Notes under the pieces: generated by a model
What the model saw: only the letters and a program-made list of their open reading frames with translations
What the model was told of the DNA's origin: nothing
Databases searched by the model: none
Translations under genes and position numbers: made by a program
Assembly: GCF_003704095.1 (NCBI RefSeq)
Contig: NW_020845831.1
Location: 62,001 to 126,000 of the forward strand
Origin: Pocillopora damicornis
Lineage: Eukaryota
Reading direction: 5' to 3'
Length of the DNA: 64,000 nucleotides
Shown: in pieces, positions 29,407-39,872 of the stretch
Position numbering within the stretch: position 1 is the first letter of the stretch
Layout: each line of letters opens with the position of its first letter

Positions 29407-31610
29407 TCAGATTCTAACAATTAAGACTCCGGCCCACTGAGATGCGTCAGGAGAAGTAAAACCTAAATAAGAGCCTTTTTAGCTTCAATTTTAGTTTCTT
29501 TTGTATTTGTTTGCAAACCTATACTACATTAAAAAGCCCTACCGCTAGTGTTTCCACCACTGTTACCGCCAGATATGTTCTGATTTATCCAGTCGATGAA
29601 GTTACTGATGCGAGCAAACACAGTGTATTTAGTGGTTTTGCACATTCTATGTCCCCAACTCACTGCACCTCGAAGCACCCATTTGCCATTTTCTTTACAG
29701 ACAAAGGGGCCACCGCTGTCTCCTTGGCAACCACCGGGTTGATTTTTCTTTCCGCTTCCGGCACAAAGCATACTTGTCTTGTCAACAGGGAGAAGGTTGC
29801 CGTTCCTTTTCTTGCATCGGGCGTCTGATACAACAGGTAGCATACCTTGTTGGAGAATGTTAGCAGCAGGTCCTCCTCCCACAGTTCTTCCCCAGCCTGT
29901 TGAAAAGTTAGTTTTTGTAAGATCGTAAACCTTTCGGTCAAGGGCATGGCTGTGCCCGAAGAATTAAAATCTGAGTGATTCAAGTTGGAATCAAACATGA
30001 TACTGGCCTTCCCACCTTTCAAATTTTTACTTCAGTGCATTACTTTTTACATAAAAGGGACTGTGCTTGTGAATACGTTGAAAGAAAGGGGGAAATACCA
30101 TTTTATTTAGGAGGTAGCTCAAGCGCAAGATACTGATTGAAACTGAAGTCAGCATCCTTGCTATCATATTTTTGGTCATAGTTTTGTATCTCTTTCTGGT
30201 GAAAGCTAATTGTTTTATTTCGCCCAGTGATTCATCACCATAAGAAAAACCTTGTCACCCTTTGAACCAACTGAAATCAACTGCAAAATCAGGATCAATT
30301 CCTACTTAGTTATTCGAGTTTTTTTTCGCGCTGGTCAGGCAACACGAATCGGTTCCGTGTGAAGATTTGCTGCGTTTGATCTACTGTTGTAATTTTGATC
30401 AAAGAAAATTCAATAAAATATTCAATAATAGGAGCAATATCTCACTCGTTATGAAGGTAATATTTACCAGTAATGTAACACTTTGATCCCACAACTGCGC
30501 TGCTTCCCCTCGATGGAAGACATACCAAGTTCACCTTGTTGCTTAACATAACGGGTTGTTCCAACTCCAAAAGGGCTATGTCATTTTTCAAGTGACGCAT
30601 ACTGAATCCTCTATGTCGGATGACCTTCTTTACTTTATGTGATTTTTGGACAGCGGTCACACCTAGCCTTTTATGTGCCCCTGAAACGCAATTAGGTTGT
30701 GAGACTTCGCTTCCTTCCCAATTCACAATTACCTCTGTATATTTAAAATGTGAACATTCAATTTATAATTCATTCTAACCTAATGCTATATTCTGAGATT
30801 TGTTCTGACTTGATTACTAGGGCCTGCCTTCAGAGAATCTCGCTTTTATGAAATTATTTTATTTTTAACATTTAGGAATTGAATGGGATAGTTACTTTTT
30901 AGATTCTATTGATCGACAAACTGTCAATAATATATAAAGGAAACAATGTAATGTACTTTTACTCACCGACGACAACCGTGTATGAACTTGGCCTGAGATT
31001 TCCGCTAACACAGTGCGCAGCAGTTATCACCCAATTGGGTTTAATAAGGGAGCCCCCGCATATGTGATTAGTTCCACGGACCCTGAGGGATATCTGCCAT
31101 GGCCAAGAATGAGGGGCTGCATCATCGCCACCCACCACACGTGCTCCTGAGATTCGGGTTCCGCAACCTTAAGATGTGGAAAAAAAAAGATTGATATGAG
31201 TAACAAAATGCGCTTGTGCCTCTTCACAATAAATTGCAGTCGAAATCATGTGGTTACTTTTTAATAATTTACACGAAAAACGCATTACAGACGAAATTTT
31301 GGCAGCGCACACGCGCTTTTTGTATTTAGGACTCATGTTACATGAAAAATGCACTCGTTTTCAGCCAATCAGACGCGCGTAATTCTTTGATATACATTAT
31401 CAACAAATTAATCACTGTGAGTTAATGATAATAATTTAAAAGTACAAATGAAGAAAGAGACAGAATTAATCACGGCTGCAAAGAGAACAAATAAGAAACT
31501 TTAATAAGATTAGGCGGGATAGTTTGGAAATGAGGCATTAAGAAAACCGTACCTTCAACGAAGGAAGAAGAGCAAAGAACTGTGGCGAAAGCCAATAGTG
31601 CCAACATCAT
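29407..31610 (-). CDS. Gene F: secreted S1A serine protease, inverted relative of E; last exon uncertain
   Basis: Exons 31610-31553 ([19 protein letters not shown]), 31167-30967 (GAR/VVGG..TAAHC), 30680-30468 (NDIAL), 29896-29543 ([16 protein letters not shown]). Probable terminal exon 29462-29407 ([18 protein letters not shown]), with AATAAA on the minus strand near 29110. Confidence 0.85.
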
Positions 31611-31749
31611 CGCAAAGTGAGTTGATCCACAAATGGCTTTGTCAGGGATACCGTCGTATTTTGTAGAGAATATTTTTGTTCAGCTGACAGATGCGGGCAT
31701 TCGCTACATTTGCACCATGTTACTTGTCTAGATTTCTTTTCAACTATGC

Positions 31750-32960
31750 CAACGCGATGTGAATAGGAAGTTTCCATCTTCCATTGTTTCTGGTTTTCAC
31801 AGGTACATGGCAAATTGCATTTTGACAAAGATTTAAAAGCCCCATTTAAAACACATAAATTTCTCTTTACTTTTAGTGAAAAGCAAGAAAAAAGCCTTGA
31901 AGTTTTGCAACATGTGAGCTGCCAAATGCAAAATTGAAAATGTTTTACGTAACATTTATTGCATCATTTCTTGGATGAACAGGTTCAGATGTCTGAAGAA
32001 ATTAACATCTTGCATTGATCTCTGTCTCTTAAACAAGCGTTGTTTCCTATGTCACATTTCTCTCCATTATATTTGATGTTAGTTTACTTTGTCAACCTGA
32101 GCTGCTGTCTGTTAAGATTGTTTCGCATACGGTCGTGTTAACAACAGTAATTAAGTTAAATAACCTTTTTGTCCCAATGGATACTCTTGAGACGTACATG
32201 GTTGCGTTTTTTCGCCTGCTTGCCTCTTCAACCATGGTGTTTCTCTACGAAAATATGTATCGATTTTATCAGGAGAAAATTCCATTCGAGCCAAAATAAG
32301 AAGATATGTTAAATTTTGGAAGGAAATTTGGTTTTTATCTGAGAGATGTGGAGCATTCGCCCCTGTTACACGTAGCCTAACAACAGACGTCTTTTCAACA
32401 ACGCCAGCATCTTGTAATTAGCACGTTTCCATCTTCCATTGCTGTTGGTGTTTACAGGTACATGATGAATTGTATTTCGACTAAATTTTAAATGCATTAG
32501 TTTTATTTACCTTTAAAAAGCTCGAAAGCAAACTGTGAAACTTTGCACCGAATGAACTCTCAAGTACAAAGTTGATATCTAAATACAGAAATCTTATATG
32601 AAGGAAATCTCAATCTGTATGTGTGGAAAAACTTTATTCCCCATCTTACTAGAATCTACTAGGTTTTTTCGTGTACAAAATTATTTGAAGCGTCTTTTAG
32701 TAGCACGAAAGGATTTTATTGTATAGAGGCAATCGGAGATGCATCAGCACCAAGATCAAATACCCCACGTTAAATGTCTATCCATTATGTTTAGTGTTAC
32801 TTTGCTTCAACACCTGACCAGCTGTCAGGAACGAGTTGCGTTGTTCAAGTATAGTAATAAGTTGTTCTTTTTAGCGACCGTAATCAAGTTAAATAACCTT
32901 TTGGAAACTCTTGAGATGTAAGTGGATCGTGATGTTTTACCCGCTTGCCCTTTCACCCTC
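31750..32960. repeat. Diverged tandem duplication (~650-720 bp period) upstream of gene F
   Basis: GTTTCCATCTTCCATTG..ACAGGTACATG at about 31770 and 32425. AAGTTAAATAACCTTTT..ACTCTTGAGA at about 32153 and 32886. Confidence 0.65.
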
Positions 32961-34439
32961 AAGTTTTTATATAATTCTCCTCTCCCCCTGCAATAAATTT
33001 CTTTTTACTTTATCTTTGAGAGTTCAAATCAAAATTAAATTCTTTAGTTTCTATTTATCTTTCCTATCACCAGTTCTCTACTTTTCGGTCTTTCCTAAAA
33101 GTAAAACTGATGTTAAATCCCGAAATTCCCGGGAGTTCTGATACGCAATGTTGCTATCTTTGCTACTTTTAATCTGCGTCTCTAAACATTTAGTTAGGTT
33201 AAAAGTTATACAGTGCTTTATTATTTGAAAGATCTTACAAACCGTTAAAAAACGACAACAGACAGTCAGCGAAATTTTACTATCTGCAATTTCTTTGAAA
33301 ACTGAGTGTTGCGAACAAAACTCAATGCAGTAAAAAGTACAAGATACTACAAGGTTCTCAAATAATAACGTTTCTTTTTCATTGTTCTTCCACTTTCTAA
33401 CATTCTCAGTGGGAGAGAATGACCTTTATTTCCGTAGGCAGAGCTTTTGCGCGCAATATTTGTTCATGCAATTACCCACACTTGCTGATGTTATACCACA
33501 GTGATAGATATTGTTGAAGTGAACCTCAACACTCATATAGAAAAAATGTTTTGAGCTGAGTAAGCTGCCACAATTCAAATAGTTGGACGGAGTATTTTAA
33601 ACGTTCGTTTCTCGTATTAGTCGTCACGATTTGACTGGATTACTGATTTTTTTAAGAAATATTTGAAATATGTTCGCTCGTTGAACATTTTTCTTCCTGA
33701 AGAGCTCTACAATAAGTTAAGTTCATATTTTTCTCTTAGAAAAATGGTTTGTCTTCAAGAGTAATTGAACGGGCAGGTAGGCTTCAAATTTAACAATGAC
33801 AAAAATTTTAGCTGTCTGTCTCTTTAGTCAGATGTAAGAAAATGTTCTGGTCAATCAAAGACTCATTTTAAAACTGATCTCCCTTCTTTTTTTCTGAGTT
33901 ACTGCTCCGGTTCCTTCGCAGACTTCTTCTAGGTTTTTCATGCAAATTGCTCCCGTGCATCACCGGAGCGTTACTAAACCAGCTCGAACAATAAAATTGC
34001 GAGGGAGACCATGCATTTGTAGGCCAGTTCCAAAGGCTTAAATGTTACAAATTAGCTTGTAGTAAGTGCGCACAGTAGAGTGTCTCGGTTGGGTTGACCG
34101 TTGGCCGTAAAATCGCAAAATAATTTATAGCCGATTAAAGAACAGGTTTAACCGTAAGTTACAAAAATGTTAGCCGCATTTTTTTCTGTAAACCATAATG
34201 GAAATAAATTGATCGTTTGCAGTAAAATGGCCAAGACTTTTACAGTCAGCTGAAAGAGCCATTGCCCCCCTCGGAAGCCTCACTGTAAGGTTGAATGATA
34301 CAAGTATCTCTTCGGGGCAACTTCTTTTAAAGACCTGCAAAATCTCTCTAAGTCTAATCTACATGAAAGAACCGTGAAGTGCCAAGCTGATACAGTGATA
34401 CTTGTATAGGACAAATTATCTGGTTATATATTAGTTTGA

Positions 34440-34890
34440 TAATGATAGTTCTCTACAACTCCTTTGTTTTGCCGCACTCAGAATACCGCTGTCCCCTTTT
34501 ATTGGTTGTAGGCAAAGTGCAAGCAAGTCGTCTTGAGGACGCTAACTTTTACATTTTAAGATCTGTGTTGGGTTACGGTAAAACTATCTCATATCAAGAA
34601 TTACTTGGGATTGTGATCATGAAAACTCTAAAACACAGGAGGATTTGCAGTTCGCTTTTGTTACCCTATAAATCTTTACCCTGCAACGAACCTTAGGTAC
34701 ATTCGTGACTTTTTTAATTTAAATGACTCAACTTATAACTTAAGAGATAGTGATGTTAATCTTAGCATGCCAAGGTTCAATCTTAACTGGATGAAGAACT
34801 CTTTGACTTACCAAGCCGCTAAAATCTGGAACTCATTTGAACCCGAAGTAAGGAAATGAAACCTAATATTCAAGTTTGCGACGTCGATTA
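34440..34890 (+). mobile_element. 3' fragment of a CR1/L2-like LINE ORF2
   Basis: LYNSFVLPHSEYRCPLLL..RLEDANFYILRSVL..SYQELL..TLKHRR..YKSL, then after a frameshift YNLRDSDVNLSMPRFNLNWMKNSLTYQAAKIWNSF. This is the typical post-RT C-terminus of these LINEs. Confidence 0.75.
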
Positions 34891-35631
34891 AGAATAAATC
34901 ATTTTAATTCCATTTTTTCTTTTATCTTGTATACTAGACTCAGTTTCTATATAATCCATTCTTAGTTACAGCAATTATTAGTCATCTTAATCCTAATACA
35001 GCGACATTCGTAGTTGTACATTTTAGCTTTTTTGTGATAAACCAGCTGGTTGTTATACTATACTTTTATTTCTGTATGTTTTAAGGCTATTTTATGTTAG
35101 CACGTAGGTATTTTGAACGAGCTTTCCAGCTCACTAGACGTTGCGTGGGTAAATAAACTATTGTTGATTTTTTTTCGCAGTGCAAATAACCTCTTTGAAA
35201 GCAAACAGTAATTTCGGGCGGAAAGAAAAGATTGAAAGAAAAAAGAGCATTTGATATATTTTTCAATGAGATTTTCAAACAATGATATTACGATACAAAT
35301 TGAAGAGTCTTTGATATTTAATATCGCGTCTGCAGCTTTGTTTGTTTAGATGAGGATGGAGCAAGATAGATGTCATTTGTTATTGTATGTTGCGTACAAT
35401 TCTGTAATAGGCTGCGAAGCATCCATCAAAAACTAGCAAATTCAATTTAAAGCCATGCCTCTGGTTTAAACAGCCCTGTTAGTGGAGTATATTACTTGTG
35501 GAAATATACACAGTTCTCATAAGATAGTTGCAATGTTTATGCACATACACAGATGTTGCAGAGCGATCTTGGGTAAAACCAAAAGACTCTCTGCATCAAA
35601 GCAGTACATCGTCTATACTTAGACAGTCAAC

Positions 35632-37947
35632 ATGATATCCCTTAAGATATACGTGCTATTGCAATTGGCTGTAACTGCTGTTTTTCTCAAACCTTCTCTC
35701 GGCCAAAGTAAGGGGCTTATTTATGTAGTCTTCCTAGGACACTCTGCAGGTGCTTTTGGTGTCGTTGCCAAAATTTTCATCGGAAAGAATCTCTGGGAAA
35801 AATAACTTGTTTGAACACCAAAGTTGCCTGTAGTTTCTAACTCTTAAATAAGAGAGTGTGCGTATTTATGGGCAAAAAATTTTAAAATGCTGTTTCTTTT
35901 GTTTGTTGCTGCATGAAAAAGAATGCAGTGTGTTTTCAAGCCAAGTGTCCCATCCAGCCGGAGTTTAGACCAACGCTTCATGCAGATAGATGAATCTTTA
36001 ATTTATTTCTTGGATCACTGTTTTTCTTCGAACGCGATGGCTGCTCTAAGGTTTTGTTAGCTGTAGTGGAATTTTGTCGAAAGTTTCAGTGGAAGGGGTT
36101 ATTTTCTCTGTTAGGTTTTTCATAACATTCCCTTCTTATAGGTTGCGGAATGCGCATGGCATCTCGAGTGGTAAATGGACAGAATGCTCAGCGCCACGCC
36201 TGGCCTTGGCAGATCTCACTACGGTACAGGGGTGGGCACATTTGTGGGGGATCAATCATAAGTAACTGGTGGATTTTGACTGCTTCTCATTGTGTCGAAA
36301 AGGATCGGAGCCCCAGGGGATATTCTGTTGTTGTAGGTAATTAGCCACGAGCTAGTTATACGAATATTACTTTTGAATTTGTCACTAATATTACACAAAA
36401 TACATCGCTCTTGACTTGCAACCGGTTTTCAGTAGGTAGCACATTGATATTTCTTTTTATTTCCCCTCTATAGATAATTATTTGAATCTTTTTTACTACT
36501 CAGTATCAAGAAGTAGCTAAAATTAATCTTTAAGGGAGTTATTAATGCTCCCTTATTGCTAGCTTTAACATCATTTGGGCCGAACACAAAATGCCTCTTT
36601 AATTTACAGGAATTGATGAACAATTGAATTAACACTGGTCATCTGGAGTTTAAAATTTGAAAAACACCGCGGAAATAATTATTTGGTTTTCTGAAAACCG
36701 TTTTAGAACTGCTCGCCAACTGGAAATGAAGGTTTACACCCACATTTGTAGCCTGTGCTGAAATTGGCTAACAAGGTTTCTGCTTTGACAATCCTTTTAA
36801 TCTCTCTGTAGAAGTTAACCTTCTTTCCAAGGTTTTAAACAGGCTTAAACTTCATTTTGTTCATAGGACTACATGCCCAAAGAGAGCGGCCGGGTCAAGA
36901 CCAAATATTTGGATTACGTAGAGTGATTATGCATGAGCGATATGGACAATTGAATTTCGATGTAGCTCTTCTGCAACTAAACAGGCCAATCCGGATGAGT
37001 TACAAGGCAAAACCTGTTTGTCTGCCACAACAAGGAAGTAGAGCTCGGCCTGGTTCACAATGTTACATCACAGGTAGAATGAGGTTATAACCGGAACACA
37101 TAAATCGTAATTTTTTTGTACCATTCAACGTCCATAAACTTCAATGACAGAGTTCAAATTTGGTCTGAGATTTTTTCGCTCCTTTGAGATTAGGACGCAC
37201 GCTGTGTAAATTGTATCGCTTCCATCGGCGCTACGCCGGCTTGAAAGATCAACTGAATAAATGAGCTTTCTTTTATCTTTCGTTTACAAAATAAGGATGG
37301 GGGCGTACAGTTGGAGGAGGATATGGAGCTAACATTCTTCAACAAGCAATGCTGCCAGTTGCTGATGACAGAAGATGTTCTTATGTTAACGGAAGGCTCG
37401 GTCGCGTATACAGTGACACCATGATCTGCGCTGGAGGACAGGGACGCGGAGGATGTCAGGTAACCGCACAGACACTGTTTTAATCAATCGATAAATCGAA
37501 TTATTTTAATAAGTTCTCACTTTATTGACCAGATGAGAGGGGCCAGCTCAGAAAATATTCGGCTGGAATTTCTAACGTGCGCACCAAGTGCTAACTTATT
37601 TGTTGACGACGAGCTATCGCAAGTGTATGCGATTCCTACCACCGGTTTTTTTGTGTGTTCGTTTGTTTTTATATCTCGTTCTGTGAGACCATAGTTGTGT
37701 TGTTAGTTTTTCATTTCCTTATTCATTTGCATCCATTTGGTTTTTATGACTATTTATTTTTGAATAAATTTTCTCTCAATATCTGTAGGGAGACAGCGGT
37801 GGACCTTTTGTATGCAATGAAAACGGGCGATGGGTTCTCCGCGGAGCTGTAAGTTGGGGTCACGAGTACTGTAGGACCGACTACTTTACAGTGTTCGCCC
37901 GAGTCAGTACCTTTACCAAATGGATAAGGGACAGGACTGGTTTATGA
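35632..37947 (+). CDS. Gene G: secreted S1A serine protease ending right after the catalytic domain (no linker, no ShKT)
   Basis: Exons 35632-35707, 36142-36336 ([18 protein letters not shown]), 36867-37073 (NFDVAL), 37296-37459 (..GGCQ), 37789-37947 ([14 protein letters not shown]). Probable 3'UTR exon from 38179 with AATAAA at 38240. Confidence 0.9.
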
Positions 37948-39394
37948 TGGTAAGAGAAACAAAAGAAATATCCTCCGGGTCTAAAAAAATGCAATTTTGA
38001 AAAAACTGTGATGCTCTCTGGGGAACTCCCAGAACTTTGCGCACATGTCTTTCGACCAATAAGTTTCCATCAGTTGAAACATAATAATCTTCAAGCCACA
38101 TTCTTTCCTTCAGAGTCACATACATTTGAATTTCCGTAACAGGTGACCCTAATTTCATATTTATTTTTTCTCTTCTAGCGGTGGACTGAAGAGGCCAACG
38201 AACCAGAATTAGTAGTTGATATTTGTAGTAGGAAGGAAGAATAAAGCTTTAACCCTTTACTTCAGTATGCAAGTTCTCAATACTGTTCTATACTTTTCAT
38301 ACAAGGAGAAATTGTCGAACAATCTAGAGATTCTCGAGTTCGCGATCATTTCTTTAATTCTCATAACCTCAATGCGCATGATCTTGGGATGTAATGTTTT
38401 CTTTTAAGCCCGATCTCCTCCTTACGCGTGAAAAGAGCCTGAGCGAAAAAAACTTATTTCAGGCAAATAGATCAATTGTAAATGATGATAATTTGGTTTG
38501 AAATGTAACCCTGATATTTCATTGTCAAAGTCTGAATCAGAACCACAAAAACTTAGGGACGAAGACTCTGGTTCGAGAGAAATATCTTCTGTTCGGTCTC
38601 TGACTGCGGGATATAATCTTCGGGTTTAGCTGTAGTTTAAGACGTCTTCTGGTCGAGCTTCAGTTAAAAAATGACTAACAACTGGAAATTCCCGAAATCA
38701 TCAAGCTGAGATTTTCCGAAGCACACTCAAAAAAATCCTGATTTTCTTATGGAATAATTTTTCCGCTTGTCATGAAAATTGATAAACTTCGATGACAGAA
38801 ATAGTTGCCTTCAATTCTACACCTTATTCTGACTATATAAGATCAATTGTGGCGATGTTATGGGTCAAAACTGGAACTTTTACCCGCACTCCGAAAACAA
38901 AGCGCAAATGCCAAAAATTAGTACTTTTAAAATCAAAGTATAAACTTAATTTCAGTATGTTCTCGATGTCATTGATATTTGTATTATTAAAAGCGTAATA
39001 TCACGGTCCAACGCTTCCGAAACATTTCTTACTGAAGGTCTACAAGGTAAAGAGTATAAACTGGATCATTATAAGGAGTTGAGAAACAGCCAACCCCAAG
39101 AAGTAACTCAAGGAAATAAGCGTTCATATATGGCTTGACTCCCTTATACTTCGACAACTGAAAGTATTACCCTAAAACCTCTGGTGTATGCGGGCGTCAC
39201 TGAGAAATACATGACAGTACGGTAGCTCTTTAGAGGGTTACAGTTACACCAGCTTAACTTGCTGTAAGCAGGGAACCTTTCATCGGCAACACCTAACGAT
39301 GGCAACTATTTGAGAATTTGTAGAAGAGTCAGACATATATTTTGAACGCCTTGCGATCAGCTTCTTCCAATTAACATCTCTACAAATTAGGCGA

Positions 39395-39685
39395 AATATT
39401 CACCGATGTTTCTTTCAATACTTAAGTCCACATGATACGAGGAAAATGAATATTTAGCTTGGAGTTACTTTCAATATTGATGTATCGTTTATTTTAGTTT
39501 AATTTCAGTTTTATGCAATGTTCACAAAGTGAAAAAATATTCATCTATGTTTCTTTTTTAATACTTTTAATACTTAAAAGTTCACATGGAACGAGGAAAA
39601 TGAGTTTTTTGCAAGGTATAATATTCATTATTGATGTATCGTTCATTTCAGTTTCATTTTAATTTTATACAATGTTCACAAAGTG
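39395..39685. repeat. Tandem duplication (~140-150 bp unit) immediately upstream of gene H
   Basis: AAATATTCA..ATGTTTCTTT..ACGAGGAAAATGA..TATTGATGTATCGTT..CAATGTTCACAAAGTG occurs twice. Confidence 0.7.
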
Positions 39686-39872
39686 GCACATCACGCAGCA
39701 ATAAGTCATTCAGTTTGCGAAAGAGAAACTCAAAATTATGTCAGTGCTTGACACAATTATGTATTCAGCTCAAGCTGTGTTTGTTTAAAAGAATATTAAA
39801 AACCTGCCTGCCGGAAAATAAGGCCTATATCACCCTTAATACAAGGTGCCATAGAAAATTAAGTGTATCGTC

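Noticed and set aside
37525-37570. Hammerhead-like text CAGATGAGAGGGGCCAGCTCAGAAA in gene G intron
   Set aside because: The core boxes are mutated and the stems are unconvincing. CTGATGA hits near 22950, 40720, 51715 and 60098 also lack a properly placed GAAA.
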